A DNA stretch of 59,884 nucleotides from Rhodospirillaceae bacterium (GTDB lineage: Bacteria; Pseudomonadota; Alphaproteobacteria; UBA8366): contig PBOR01000022.1 in assembly GCA_002724395.1 (NCBI GenBank), forward strand, positions 16,292 to 76,175, written 5' to 3'. Position 1 is the first letter of the stretch; the number at the start of each line of letters is the position of its first letter. Positions 32,318-42,933 of this stretch are shown in pieces. The translations under genes were made by a program, and so were the position numbers. The notes under the pieces are model-generated. The model saw nothing but the letters and a program-made list of their open reading frames with translations, had not been told where the DNA came from and made no database searches.

Positions 32318-33229
32318 ATGGCGAACGCGGACGAAGGCATAGCTGAAGAACAGCCGACTGTCGTCAAAAAAAAGAAAAGAATACCACCACCGCCACACGG
32401 CGGTGCTTGGAAAGTTGCCTACGCCGACTTTGTTACTGCCATGATGGCCTTCTTTTTATTACTTTGGTTGTTGAACGTCACCACCGACAGTACGAGAGAG
32501 GGCATTTCTGATTATTTTGAGCCGGAGGGTTTATCAGAAGAGCAAACTGGCTCTGGCGGTGCCGGGAAAGGTTTAGCACTGCAGGCCGAGGGTGCGCTTA
32601 GGTCATCCGGCTCACCTCCAAGTGTAACAGTTTCAATACCGACATTTGGCGGTGAAAAATCAGGAACAACTCAAGATGAGAAAAAAGCACCAAAAGCCCG
32701 TGCAGGCGGCGATACAAAAGGGTATGATAAACAACACGATGACGAAGAAAATCAACAATTAGAAACCGCTGCCGACACACTTCGCCAAGCCATTCAGGAA
32801 ATTCCTGAACTGACCGAGCTGCAAGAAAGTCTGCTGATCGAAAACTTGCCAGAAGGCATGCGTATCATGCTAGTTGATCAGCAAAAAATAAGTCTTTTTC
32901 GATCTGCCAGCCCAATACTTACTAATAAAGGCGAACACTTATGCGCCATTATCGCTACCATTCTACGGGAACTTCCACACGACATCCGAATAGTAGGCCA
33001 CACCGACCGCAGTAAATTTGGCGGACCGAATTATTCTAAATGGGAACTATCCGCAGACCGAGCAAATAGCGTGCGCCGTGCCCTAGACAAATATAACGTA
33101 AACCCAAACCGCGTTAAGCGGATATCAGGAAAAGCCGACCAGTCCCTATTGGACAACAAAAATCCCGGTTCCCCGCGCAATCGCCGGATTGATATTTTAC
33201 TAGTACGGCAGAAGAAAACCCGCGAATAG
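32318..33229 (+). CDS. motB: Flagellar stator B subunit, paralog 1
   Basis: HGGAWKVAYADFVTAMMAFFLLLWL TM with conserved Asp37; OmpA-like domain GHTD, WELSADRAN, RNRRI. Confidence 0.92.
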   Translation: MANADEGIAEEQPTVVKKKKRIPPPPHGGAWKVAYADFVTAMMAFFLLLWLLNVTTDSTREGISDYFEPEGLSEEQTGSGGAGKGLALQAEGALRSSGSPPSVTVSIPTFGGEKSGTTQDEKKAPKARAGGDTKGYDKQHDDEENQQLETAADTLRQAIQEIPELTELQESLLIENLPEGMRIMLVDQQKISLFRSASPILTNKGEHLCAIIATILRELPHDIRIVGHTDRSKFGGPNYSKWELSADRANSVRRALDKYNVNPNRVKRISGKADQSLLDNKNPGSPRNRRIDILLVRQKKTRE

Positions 33230-33237
33230 AGATAGAA

Positions 33238-34185
33238 ATGCCACTGGATGATATAGGCGAAAAGCCATTTATATTTATTAAACGCATCAAGATTCAGGAA
33301 GAGGCCCATCATGGGGGTGCGTGGAAGGTAGCCTATGCGGATTTCGTGACCGCCATGATGGCTTTTTTCTTATTATTGTGGCTGCTTAATGCAACTACCG
33401 AAGACCAAAAAGAAGGTATTTCTAACTATTTTGAGCCTATTGGCGCCGTAACGGGCACGACTGGTAGCGATGGCCTATTTGGTGGCATCTCCGCTACCGA
33501 GCCCGGTCCGATACCCGAACCCGGACAAACCGCATCCAGTAGCGTAAGCGAATCAACAAACGACCCCACTGAGAACTCAGAAGACACAGAAAAGGGAAAC
33601 CCGGAAGAGACCAAGAAACCCAAAACAGAAATTCTAGGCGTCGAGCCAGCCCACGAAGACCAGCAACTAGAAGCGGCCAAATCAGCCATACAACAAGCGA
33701 TGTCCCAGGTAGAAGATTTGCAGCATCTTTCACCCTCGGTCATGGTCGATATCGTATCGCAAGGACTCCGTATTCAATTGATGGATAATGACAGAAATCC
33801 GCTATTCAAGAACGGGAGCGAATATCTCAATGCTAATGGCCGTAAGTTGCTGGCCATGGTTTCCGAGGTGGTCGAACTGCTTACCAACAAAATTGCCATA
33901 ACCGGGCATACCGCTTCAGCGGAACTTATCGAAACTCACAGTCAAACCAACTGGGAACTTTCAATTCGGCGCGCAAACTCCGCACGGCGAGCTTTAAAAG
34001 CTAACGGCATTCCCGACCAGCGGGTTACCTCTGTGGACGGCAAAGCGGACACACTGCTGCTAGATAAAGATCAACCGAATTCAGCACGCAACAGAAGGAT
34101 CGCAGTACTCATCCTAAAAGAAGTGCGCAATCCGACGCAGAAAGAATTAGCCCCCGACCGTCTCTTTAAACTTCCCAAGCTCTGA
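33238..34185 (+). CDS. motB: Flagellar stator B subunit, paralog 2
   Basis: Same TM with Asp35; OmpA-like domain GHTA, NWELSIRRAN, RNRRI. Confidence 0.9.
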   Translation: MPLDDIGEKPFIFIKRIKIQEEAHHGGAWKVAYADFVTAMMAFFLLLWLLNATTEDQKEGISNYFEPIGAVTGTTGSDGLFGGISATEPGPIPEPGQTASSSVSESTNDPTENSEDTEKGNPEETKKPKTEILGVEPAHEDQQLEAAKSAIQQAMSQVEDLQHLSPSVMVDIVSQGLRIQLMDNDRNPLFKNGSEYLNANGRKLLAMVSEVVELLTNKIAITGHTASAELIETHSQTNWELSIRRANSARRALKANGIPDQRVTSVDGKADTLLLDKDQPNSARNRRIAVLILKEVRNPTQKELAPDRLFKLPKL

Positions 34186-34265
34186 CGCTTACATCGCCCG
34201 ACGCCATCTACGAAGAAACTTTGGACAAACAACTCTTGAAACTTAATCTTCCCCAACGCGCTGAT

Positions 34266-34718
34266 ATGACCTTCGATGGGAGAGAAAGGTGGCCCGATTC
34301 ATTAGATAATCCTGAATATTATGATGGCCTGTTGTGGCGTCGCCCATTGGCATTCGCGATTGACTTAACGATTATAAGCACTGTTTTTTTCTTACTGAGT
34401 ATCGCTAATATCTTTACGTTCGGCCTTCTAGGCGGGTTGATCGCAATATTACCGCCGATCATTATCTTAGTACTATACGACACGCTTTTAATCGGCGCCC
34501 CAGGATCAGGAACCATCGGCATGCGGTGTTTCCGCCTTCAGGTACGCAACCGACTAGGCAAACGACCAAGTCACTTACAAGCTGCAATAGGCTCCGCATT
34601 TTTCAGTCTTATCACGCCCTGGAGTGGAGGTATCCTGCTAATGTTCGGCCTATTTAACAACCGCCGCAGACTAGCCCATGATTTTTTATCCGGGGTTGTG
34701 GTAATCAACAAAATCTAG
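34266..34718 (+). CDS. RDD family membrane protein
   Basis: RRPLAFAID, TIGM, RRLAHDFLSG; upstream of ate as is common; start placed at MTFDG. Confidence 0.88.
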   Translation: MTFDGRERWPDSLDNPEYYDGLLWRRPLAFAIDLTIISTVFFLLSIANIFTFGLLGGLIAILPPIIILVLYDTLLIGAPGSGTIGMRCFRLQVRNRLGKRPSHLQAAIGSAFFSLITPWSGGILLMFGLFNNRRRLAHDFLSGVVVINKI

Positions 34719-34783
34719 ACATTGCATTGAAGAGGATCCGGGCTTCTGAATCGTTGAGCCCTGCAAGGTAACTGAGTTTAAAT

Positions 34784-35506
34784 ATGACCATCCAACATCC
34801 ATCCAAACGCCTCTTAACTTTCTACAGGTCCGGACCTATGCCTTGTCCCTATTTAGCAAATAGAACCGAGCAACAACTTTTTACGGAACTATGCGGCAAT
34901 ACGGCGCAAGAAAAATTTGAGGCTCTTAGCCGGGGTGGCTTCCGTCGAAGCCACCAGGTGATATATCGACCGGCCTGTCCGGCTTGTAATGCCTGCACTC
35001 CTGTCCGTATCAGAACGCACGACTTTAAATTGACACGCGCATGGCGCCGTATCATCAACAAAAATTCAGAACTCTTAGTCGAAAATGTGGGTAAAAATCC
35101 AACCGATGAGCAATACGGGCTGTTTCAACGCTATGTAACGACGAGACACTCCGATGGTGATATGACAAACATGTCACGGCGTGATTACGGCTCCATGATT
35201 CTTACCAGCCCGGTTGATACATCTATAATCGAATTCCGGACTACAGATAAAAGTTTGGTAGCCGGTTGTCTGATCGATCATTTGAGCGACGGTTATTCGG
35301 CAGTTTATAGTTTTTTCGAACCTAATTCCCGGCATCAAAGCCTCGGTAGTTACATTGTTCTATGGCTAGTCCAACAAGCGAAATTATATGGCCTTGACCA
35401 TATTTACCTTGGTTATTTGGTCAAAGGCTGCTCCCAAATGGCCTACAAGGAGCGCTTCGGGCCTCTGGAAGCGTTTGGTGCCGACGGCTGGACTTTAATC
35501 AACTAA
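34784..35506 (+). CDS. ate: Bacterial ATE1-like aminoacyl-tRNA-protein transferase (Ate/Bpt)
   Basis: PCPYL, GFRRS, YRPAC..C.AC...R, RHSDGDM, SAVYSFF, SLG, YLGY, M.YK. Confidence 0.92.
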   Translation: MTIQHPSKRLLTFYRSGPMPCPYLANRTEQQLFTELCGNTAQEKFEALSRGGFRRSHQVIYRPACPACNACTPVRIRTHDFKLTRAWRRIINKNSELLVENVGKNPTDEQYGLFQRYVTTRHSDGDMTNMSRRDYGSMILTSPVDTSIIEFRTTDKSLVAGCLIDHLSDGYSAVYSFFEPNSRHQSLGSYIVLWLVQQAKLYGLDHIYLGYLVKGCSQMAYKERFGPLEAFGADGWTLIN

Positions 35507-35545
35507 CAATGTTTACGTATAAGACATCGGAAAATGCAAACACCC

Positions 35546-37777
35546 TTAATTATCAACCCGGAACCGTCTACTCTGGGCGAATCCCCTGGGCACAACCCGG
35601 CCAGCTTGAGCACGCCTACCAAGCCAATCTTTGAGGTTGGTTTCGGTCCTCATTTTTACGCCAATTTGCCAGCTCAACCCATCTGCAAGCGTGAATACTT
35701 TTGCATCTGACAGAAGTCCGCTTTTATAGCGTTGCATAATCACACCGCGTCCTCTAGTCATCTCTGGTAATTCTACCACTGGAAAAATAATTAGTTTCCT
35801 ATTTTGACCGACAACCGCCACATGATCTCCATCTGCAGACGTACAAACTGCAGCCTCTCCGCCATCACTCAAATTGAGTACCTTCTTGCCGCTACGAGTT
35901 TGCGCGACTACATCTTTTTCAGCCACAATGAAACCCCGTCCATCATTCGCCGCAACCAGCAATTTTCGGTTCGGATCATGGACCATCATAGCAACAATGT
36001 CCTGATCGTTCGGTAAATCAACCATAATCCGAATAGGCTCACCGAAACCGCGCCCGCCCGGTAATCTATCCGCTGGCACAGTATAAAAACGCCCATTAGT
36101 TGCAAAAATTATAAGTTTATCGGTCGTTTGCGCATGAGTTGCAAAGCGATGCCGGTCACCTTCCTTATACTTAATATCGGATATTTTTTCTAAATGCCCC
36201 TTAGCCGCACGCACCCAGCCTTTTGCTGAGCACAAAATAGTAACGGGCTCCCGGTCAATCATAGCCTCCAGTGGAATTACAACCGCAGATGGCGCTTTTC
36301 TAATTTTGGTCTGCCGTTTGCCAAGGTCAGTTCCCGATCCAAACCGTTTTTTGATATCCCTAATTTCATCGGCAATGTTTTTCCAGCGCTGCGCCTTATC
36401 TTTAAGTAGACCACGTATTTGCTTTCCCTCTTTAGTCAATTCTGCGTGTTCTTTCTTGATTTCGACTTCTTCTAGTTTTCGCAGGTGACGAAGCCTCATA
36501 TTCAAAACGGCATCTGCTTGTAAATCAGAGAGCTTAAATTCTTTAATCAAGGCCGTTTTGGGGTGATCATCTTCACGAATTATCTTAATCACCTCATCAA
36601 TATTTAGATAGGCAATGAGATAACCTCCCAACACTTCCAACCGCTCTTCAATTTTAGTCAAACGGAATTTCTTGCGCCGAACCAAAACCTCATGACGATG
36701 GTTAAGAAAGGCCTGCAAAACCTCTCGCAAATTCATCACACGCGGCACACGGCCGCCGTCTAGTACGTTCATATTGAGCGAGAACCGGTTTTCTAGATCT
36801 GTCTGACGAAACAATGATTCCATCAATAAATCTGGGTTAACATTTCGACTTTTAGGCTCTATTACGAGCCGAACATCGGTCGTAGACTCGTCGCGAACAT
36901 CTTCAATCATTGTGAGTTTGCGTGTGTGCATAAGTTCAGCGATTTTCTCAATCAGCTTAGCCTTCTGCACCTGATAGGGAATGCCGGTAATGATAACGCT
37001 GTAGCTGCCGCCTTTTACACGCTCTATTTCATAGGAAGCGCGCACTCGAAAGCTGCCGCGCCCAGTCTTGTATGCCTCAAGAATCGTTTCCCGATCTTCA
37101 CATAGCACACATCCAGTTGGGAAATCGGGACCTGGAATGAAATCCAATATTTTACCAAGCGTGGCATTGGGCCGCTTAATGAGATGAACAAGTGCGGCAC
37201 AAATCTCTGCAACGTTATGAGGGGGTATGCTGGTTGCCATACCAACAGCGATACCTGCTGCACCATTTGCCAATAAATTAGGAAAATTGGCCGGCAAGAC
37301 CTCAGGCTCACCCCCCTCGCCGTCATAGGTAGAACGAAAATCGACCGAGTCTTCGGAGATACCTTCCAACAACGCATAAGCCACGTCGGTCATTCGCGCT
37401 TCTGTATAACGCATAGCCGCAGCGTTATCTCCATCAATATTGCCAAAATTTCCTTGACCATCAACAAGGGGATAGCGAACCGCAAAAGATTGCGCGAGCC
37501 TCACCATCGCATCATAAATAGCTGCATCTCCATGAGGGTGAAACTTGCCCATCACGTCACCGACGATACGAGCACACTTTTTAAATCCACTATCTGGATT
37601 CAGTCGAAGTTCACGCATCGCAAACAACAATCGGCGATGAACCGGCTTTAACCCATCGCGTACATCGGGCAAAGACCGCGCCATAATCGTGGATAGTGCA
37701 TAAGACAAATAACGCTCGCCAAGCGCATCTTCTAATGCGACCGTATGAATATCACCCGCTTCTGAACTGTCAGCCAT
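35546..37777 (-). CDS. parC: DNA topoisomerase IV subunit A
   Basis: [27 protein letters not shown]; 743 aa with short CTD and no GyrA box seen. Confidence 0.95.
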   Translation of the reverse strand: MADSSEAGDIHTVALEDALGERYLSYALSTIMARSLPDVRDGLKPVHRRLLFAMRELRLNPDSGFKKCARIVGDVMGKFHPHGDAAIYDAMVRLAQSFAVRYPLVDGQGNFGNIDGDNAAAMRYTEARMTDVAYALLEGISEDSVDFRSTYDGEGGEPEVLPANFPNLLANGAAGIAVGMATSIPPHNVAEICAALVHLIKRPNATLGKILDFIPGPDFPTGCVLCEDRETILEAYKTGRGSFRVRASYEIERVKGGSYSVIITGIPYQVQKAKLIEKIAELMHTRKLTMIEDVRDESTTDVRLVIEPKSRNVNPDLLMESLFRQTDLENRFSLNMNVLDGGRVPRVMNLREVLQAFLNHRHEVLVRRKKFRLTKIEERLEVLGGYLIAYLNIDEVIKIIREDDHPKTALIKEFKLSDLQADAVLNMRLRHLRKLEEVEIKKEHAELTKEGKQIRGLLKDKAQRWKNIADEIRDIKKRFGSGTDLGKRQTKIRKAPSAVVIPLEAMIDREPVTILCSAKGWVRAAKGHLEKISDIKYKEGDRHRFATHAQTTDKLIIFATNGRFYTVPADRLPGGRGFGEPIRIMVDLPNDQDIVAMMVHDPNRKLLVAANDGRGFIVAEKDVVAQTRSGKKVLNLSDGGEAAVCTSADGDHVAVVGQNRKLIIFPVVELPEMTRGRGVIMQRYKSGLLSDAKVFTLADGLSWQIGVKMRTETNLKDWLGRRAQAGRVVPRGFAQSRRFRVDN

Positions 37778-37889
37778 AAAGAATTCTCCTACTACATATT
37801 GATACCACGGCCCGCATCATACGCAACAGGTTGTGATTAGTTATTCTTTTAGAGTTCACTCGCTTGCGGAAAACTGAAACCGCTTGAGA

Positions 37890-38606
37890 TTACTCAATGC
37901 TAAATTTCTCCGCCAAACGTCGTCTTGTATCGGGCAAATTTCGTTGTCGTGGACCAAACACATGGCGTTCAAGGAAAAAGCCGGACAGGGCCAAGCCGTT
38001 AGCAATATCCAAGCTACTCGCCTCTTCTGCACCTAATAAAAAGGCTGGCAGAACCAGCAATTTATCCTTATATGCTTCGCCAGCAGCTCTGCAAACGGCT
38101 CGGCCCGATTTTGGAGAAACATAAATCAGATCTTCCGTCGTACCGGTGGCCGCGCATTCGCTCAGATCTAATCCAAAACCAATTTCCATCATGAGATTAA
38201 GTTCCCAAACCACATAAGTTGCAGCCCAGTGGTCGCCATCGAGTGCATCCATCAAAGTATTAAACATGTCGAACATTCCGCGGGACAACTCGCGCTCCGG
38301 CAAAGTCTGTTCGATCAAAGTAACCGCAGAAGACAAAGCCGCTAAACGCCCAGGCGCATTTAAGATGGCTGCAACAGCGCTCGACTGCAGCTCAAGCGTA
38401 AAAGATCCCAAATGTTCTTCAAGTCGAGCCCGCCAAGTCACGCTTACACGGTTCCCCGGCTGCAAGAGGCCGCGATTTTTACGCGATTGACCTCCCCGCA
38501 CCAAGCCTGCATGACGACCATGTTCTGCGGTCAATAAGCTCACAATAGCTGACGATTCACCATGTCGACGGACAGCCAAAACATAGCCTTCGTCCTCCCA
38601 TTCCAT
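37890..38606 (-). CDS. recO: DNA repair protein RecO
   Basis: MEW.D.G.VL..RRHGE, LQPGN, WRARL, GFGLDL..CAATG, YVSPKSGRAV; follows era. Confidence 0.95.
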   Translation of the reverse strand: MEWEDEGYVLAVRRHGESSAIVSLLTAEHGRHAGLVRGGQSRKNRGLLQPGNRVSVTWRARLEEHLGSFTLELQSSAVAAILNAPGRLAALSSAVTLIEQTLPERELSRGMFDMFNTLMDALDGDHWAATYVVWELNLMMEIGFGLDLSECAATGTTEDLIYVSPKSGRAVCRAAGEAYKDKLLVLPAFLLGAEEASSLDIANGLALSGFFLERHVFGPRQRNLPDTRRRLAEKFSIE

Positions 38607-38625
38607 TCAACCGGATTCCTCGCTC

Positions 38626-39528
38626 TCATGCATTGAAATTTAGACCCCACGGCTCATAGCGCTCGCGATCGTCCATCCATTTTTCGCGAACCTTAACGAA
38701 CAAAAAGAGATGAACGTTACGGTCAAACATTTCTGTTAAATCCATGCGCGCCTCGGTACTGAGGCGCCTGACCATGGCACCCCCTTTACCTAGCACAATC
38801 GCCTTCTGCGTATCGCGCTCCACATAAATTGTCTGGCAGATTTTGACACTACCATCGTCGAACTCCTCCCAATCTTCTGTTTCTACTGTAGCTGAATAAG
38901 GCACTTCTTGACGCAGCGCTAGAAAGAGCTTTTCTCGTGTAACCTCAGCCGCAATTAGCCTAACCGGCATATCTGACATTTGATCTTCCGGAAAATGCCA
39001 AATGCCTTTAGGTACCGTATCTGCCAGGAAACTAAGAAAATCTTTTACGCCAAGTCCTTTAGCCGCAGATATCATGAAAGTTTTCTCAAAGGGGAATCGT
39101 TCGTTGAAATCAGAACTCAACGTCAACAATTCCTCTGACTTAACCAAATCAATTTTATTCAACACTAATACCGCGTGCTTTTTAACTTTACTCAATCTAT
39201 CCAAAATACGTAATGCATCACGATCAACACCAGCCTTCACGTCAATCATCAACACTGCTAAATCAGAATCAGAAGATCCTGTCCATGCGGCATCGACCAT
39301 AGCGCGGTCTAGGCGTTTTTTGGGTTCGAATATACCGGGCGTATCAATAAAAGCGATTTGACTATGTCGATGCACCATAATCCCTAATACCCGTGCCCGC
39401 GTTGTCTGAACCTTTGGCGTAACGATACTCACTTTACCGCCCACCACTTGGTTTATCAGAGTTGACTTACCTGCATTTGGCGGCCCAATAACTGCGACAA
39501 ACCCAAAGCGCTCATTTTCTTTAGTCAT
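38626..39528 (-). CDS. era: GTPase Era
   Basis: GPPNAGKST, QTTR, DTPG, NKID, ISA, KH domain with LGKGG. Confidence 0.97.
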   Translation of the reverse strand: MTKENERFGFVAVIGPPNAGKSTLINQVVGGKVSIVTPKVQTTRARVLGIMVHRHSQIAFIDTPGIFEPKKRLDRAMVDAAWTGSSDSDLAVLMIDVKAGVDRDALRILDRLSKVKKHAVLVLNKIDLVKSEELLTLSSDFNERFPFEKTFMISAAKGLGVKDFLSFLADTVPKGIWHFPEDQMSDMPVRLIAAEVTREKLFLALRQEVPYSATVETEDWEEFDDGSVKICQTIYVERDTQKAIVLGKGGAMVRRLSTEARMDLTEMFDRNVHLFLFVKVREKWMDDRERYEPWGLNFNA

Positions 39529-40189
39529 CGCTACGTTCCGCTAAAAATTGTTTCGCTGCTGATTGTTCAGCAATTCGCTTGGATGACCCAGTACCCTGTG
39601 CCGGTGAAATACCCTTTATAGTCACAGAAATAGTGAAAACAGGTGCATGATCCGGTCCAGCACATAAAACCTGACGATAGATCGGTAAGCCGTATCCTTT
39701 GCTTTGGGCCCATTCTTGTAAAGCAGTCTTGGCATCTTGGGGCGGCTCCATGGCTTCCTGGAGCCTAGGCAAAAAATACTGTTCGATAAAAGCACGCGGT
39801 GGCTCAAGGCCACCATCAAGATACATTGCCCCCAAAAGGGACTCACACACATCGGCCAAAATTGTTTTATTTTTTTGCCCACCTCTTTCTTTTTCCGAGA
39901 CACCTAAAAGAATATGGTTTGCTATACCTGCCTTTCGAGCAATTTCTGCAAGAGTTTCACGCCGCACTAATTCCGCAAACCGCTTGGCAAGTGCCCCCTC
40001 CGTCTCGCTAGGAAATTCAGCAAGCAAAAGATCAGCGATGACCAGCGCCAGCACTCTATCACCAAGGAATTCTAGCCTTTCATAACTACCGATGTTAGCG
40101 CCCACCGCGCTGCGATGGGTCAACGCTTCGGTAACAAGTAATTTATTGGAAAATTCGTATCCAAGGATATCCGTTAGCTCAGCCGCCAT
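39521..40189 (-). CDS. rnc: Ribonuclease III
   Basis: ALTHRS, ERLEFLGD, LAD.CE, KTALQEW, GPDH, AEQ.AA. Confidence 0.97.
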   Translation of the reverse strand: MAAELTDILGYEFSNKLLVTEALTHRSAVGANIGSYERLEFLGDRVLALVIADLLLAEFPSETEGALAKRFAELVRRETLAEIARKAGIANHILLGVSEKERGGQKNKTILADVCESLLGAMYLDGGLEPPRAFIEQYFLPRLQEAMEPPQDAKTALQEWAQSKGYGLPIYRQVLCAGPDHAPVFTISVTIKGISPAQGTGSSKRIAEQSAAKQFLAERSDD

Positions 40190-40223
40190 CTCTCAGCCCC
40201 TCAAGGCGATTTAATAAAGAAGT

Positions 40224-41033
40224 CTATTCAATACGATTGAACAACCGTCCGTAACGAATAGCAAAGGGCCATTTCCAAATTTCCCAGAGTTTGGCGCTAC
40301 CATCGGTGGAGAAAAACAAAAACTCCGCGCGACCTACTAAGTTTTCAAAGGGAACAAAGCCTACAGGCATGATCGAGTGTCCGTTGGGCATTATAGAGAT
40401 TACTCGGCTATCCGATGAGTTATCACGATTATCTCCCATAACAAAATAGTGCCCTTTAGGAACAATAAACTCTTGGGTATCATCCAAAGGCCCAAAATCG
40501 CCTTGCTCCTCAATAATGAGGTGCCCTTTTTCGTTCGGTAGTGTTTCCAAATACTGTGCAACGCGGCGAACCTGGCCAAAAGAAGTGCTAAACTCATATT
40601 TTTTAATCGGTTTGCGAGGAACCCGAGTTCCGTTTACATGGAGCAACCCTTTTTTCACCTGAATACGATCACCGGGCAGACCGATGATGCGCTTGATGTA
40701 ATCAGTTTTATTATCCGTTGGTAATTTGAATACAGCGACATCACCGCGCTTAGGCTCTCTTGATAAAACGCGTCCATTAATCGGCGCAAAGCTGAAAGGG
40801 AAGGAATGCTTCGAATAACCGTAAGAAAATTTAGAGACGAAGAGATAATCGCCGACTAACAACGTCGGTATCATCGACCCAGAGGGAATATTAAAAGGCT
40901 CATAGGCAAACGTTCTGATAACGAATGCAATCAAAACTGCATAAATAATTGATCGGAGTGTTTCTAGAAAACTACCGCTTCTTTTTTGCTCCGGTTCGGG
41001 AGATGAATCAGATTTACCAGGGTCAATGGGCAT
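40224..41033 (-). CDS. lepB: Signal peptidase I
   Basis: IPSGSM.PTL..GD, YIKRIIGLPGD, MGDNRDNS.DSR. Confidence 0.97.
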   Translation of the reverse strand: MPIDPGKSDSSPEPEQKRSGSFLETLRSIIYAVLIAFVIRTFAYEPFNIPSGSMIPTLLVGDYLFVSKFSYGYSKHSFPFSFAPINGRVLSREPKRGDVAVFKLPTDNKTDYIKRIIGLPGDRIQVKKGLLHVNGTRVPRKPIKKYEFSTSFGQVRRVAQYLETLPNEKGHLIIEEQGDFGPLDDTQEFIVPKGHYFVMGDNRDNSSDSRVISIMPNGHSIMPVGFVPFENLVGRAEFLFFSTDGSAKLWEIWKWPFAIRYGRLFNRIE

Positions 41034-41125
41034 AAAGATCAGCCAAAATGCTTATTAATCAATATTCAAGTAAGTGCCAAAATGGGCGGGCTAGAGGGAT
41101 AATGTCAAGCAGGATAGCGAAAACA

Positions 41126-41527
41126 TTATAATTCCGGTTCTCCGGAAATAATAACGATCACCTGCGCAATGGGAAACTCATCAGTAATACTTATATCAAT
41201 CTTTGCAATCATGCCCTCGGGTGTGATTTCCCGGAGGCGCTTTAACGCACCACCGGTCAATTCCATGCTAGGCTTCCCGCTCGGCAAATTGACCACGCCG
41301 ATATCGGACCAAAAAACGCCTCGCCGAAAACCGGTTCCAAGTGCTTTAGAGCAGGCTTCCTTCGCAGCATAACGCTTGGCATAACTCTCTGCCCTATTGC
41401 GTCGCTTGTCTGATTTCTCACGCTCAGTTTTGGTGAAGCATCTCTCCTCAAACTTACCCGGAAACCGCTTAAGGGTCTTACTAACTCGTCGAATGTCGAT
41501 CAGATCACTGCCGATACCGATAATCAT
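41126..41527 (-). CDS. acpS: Holo-ACP synthase
   Basis: IIGIGSD, RYAAKEA.SKALGTG, GKP, SITD. Confidence 0.96.
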   Translation of the reverse strand: MIIGIGSDLIDIRRVSKTLKRFPGKFEERCFTKTEREKSDKRRNRAESYAKRYAAKEACSKALGTGFRRGVFWSDIGVVNLPSGKPSMELTGGALKRLREITPEGMIAKIDISITDEFPIAQVIVIISGEPEL

Positions 41528-42270
41528 AAAGTTCCAGTTCCTGAACGCGCTTCATCCATGAGCACACGCATTCGCTTAACCACATTCTCAATGCCGAGGT
41601 AGATTGCCTCTCCTATTATGAAATGGCCTATATTAAGTTCAGTCATAGACTCTATGGCGGCAATTGGGCCGACAGTTTCAAAAGTGAGTCCATGCCCAGC
41701 GTGACATTCCAAGCCAATTTCCGCTGCGTATCTGGCAGCCGCTGCGATGCGCGCAAGTTCCGCTGTCCGGGCATCGCCAATCTCATAACAATACTGACCC
41801 GTATGAAGCTCAACGACTTGCGCTCCCAAAGACTTCGCCGCATCCAGTTGAGATGGAGACGCTTCAATAAAAAGAGATACACGGATACCGGCATCAAGCA
41901 GGGGCGGTATGAAGATCGATAATTGTTTATGACCGCCAATAGCGTCTAAACCACCTTCGGTCGTACGCTCCTTACGTTTTTCGGGCACGAGACAAACCGC
42001 GTGAGGCTTTACCTTTAATGCGATTTTCTGCATTTCGTCAGTTGCCGCCATTTCAAAATTTAGCGGCTTATCTATCTGCGCACGTAATCGCGTAATATCA
42101 TCATCAAGAATATGTCGTCTATCTTCTCGTAAATGCGCTGTAATGCCATCAGCACCTGCTTGAATAGCAAGATGCGCCGCGCGCACAGGATCAGGTTTAG
42201 TGCCGCCTCGTGCATTCCGCACAGTAGCTACATGGTCAATATTTACGCCCAATCTTAAAGGGTTAGTCAT
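41524..42270 (-). CDS. pdxJ: Pyridoxine 5'-phosphate synthase
   Basis: [45 protein letters not shown]; start at MTNPL. Confidence 0.97.
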   Translation of the reverse strand: MTNPLRLGVNIDHVATVRNARGGTKPDPVRAAHLAIQAGADGITAHLREDRRHILDDDITRLRAQIDKPLNFEMAATDEMQKIALKVKPHAVCLVPEKRKERTTEGGLDAIGGHKQLSIFIPPLLDAGIRVSLFIEASPSQLDAAKSLGAQVVELHTGQYCYEIGDARTAELARIAAAARYAAEIGLECHAGHGLTFETVGPIAAIESMTELNIGHFIIGEAIYLGIENVVKRMRVLMDEARSGTGTL

Positions 42271-42271
42271 C

Positions 42272-42859
42272 TTAGCTTTCACCCTTATACTCATTCCTTC
42301 GCATTCGTCGCAGACGCCGGAGTTGGTAAGTGTGTATTAAAGAATTTAAAGGCAGATAGAACAAAAACCATACAAATAACATAGTGGGAATAGCGCCCAC
42401 CAACATCGGCCAAAGAACAGGCCAAACATGTTCGACCAAATACCCCATATCCATCATCAGAACACCATTAAACATACCGGTGAAGAATACTTCAAATTCC
42501 AAAGATTGGGCTGCAGTATCCGCATTTCCCGCCCCCATCCAATGACCCAGTGTATAGAGCCAAATCCAAATAAAGGGGAACGTCCAAGGATTGCCGACCG
42601 CTGTACCGATGGCAGACGCCAGGATATTTGCACGTAATATCCACGCCCATATCCCACCCAGAAAGAAATGAAATCCAACAAACGGTGTAAACGAAATCGC
42701 CGCACCGCATGCAAAGCCCGCCGCTATACTATAAGGAGTGCCAGGCAGTCGCCCCAACCGATGCTTGAGGTAAATAAGCCATCGACGCCAGCCAATTGAG
42801 GGCCATAGGACACTAGTGACTCGTCTTGATAGACTTGGTTTTTCTCTACGTCTGAACAT
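42272..42859 (-). CDS. DUF2062 family membrane protein
   Basis: [29 protein letters not shown]; usual position after rel. Confidence 0.85.
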   Translation of the reverse strand: MFRRREKPSLSRRVTSVLWPSIGWRRWLIYLKHRLGRLPGTPYSIAAGFACGAAISFTPFVGFHFFLGGIWAWILRANILASAIGTAVGNPWTFPFIWIWLYTLGHWMGAGNADTAAQSLEFEVFFTGMFNGVLMMDMGYLVEHVWPVLWPMLVGAIPTMLFVWFLFYLPLNSLIHTYQLRRLRRMRRNEYKGES

Positions 42860-42933
42860 ACGCCTTAAATCTGGTTAATCTTTTCCGGAGCAAATTTTAA
42901 ACAATAAAGATAATGGAATTCGTTCGCTTGAGG

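Noticed and set aside
31427-34185. Zorya (ZorAB) anti-phage system or TolQR/ExbBD
   Set aside because: The A subunit is a normal 286-aa flagellar-type MotA with no long tail, the B subunits have the MotB WKVAYADF signature, and no zorC/D/E or tonB/tolA neighbours are present.
32318-34185. Tandem motB as an assembly duplication
   Set aside because: The copies differ at most synonymous sites even in the identical peptide and diverge strongly elsewhere.
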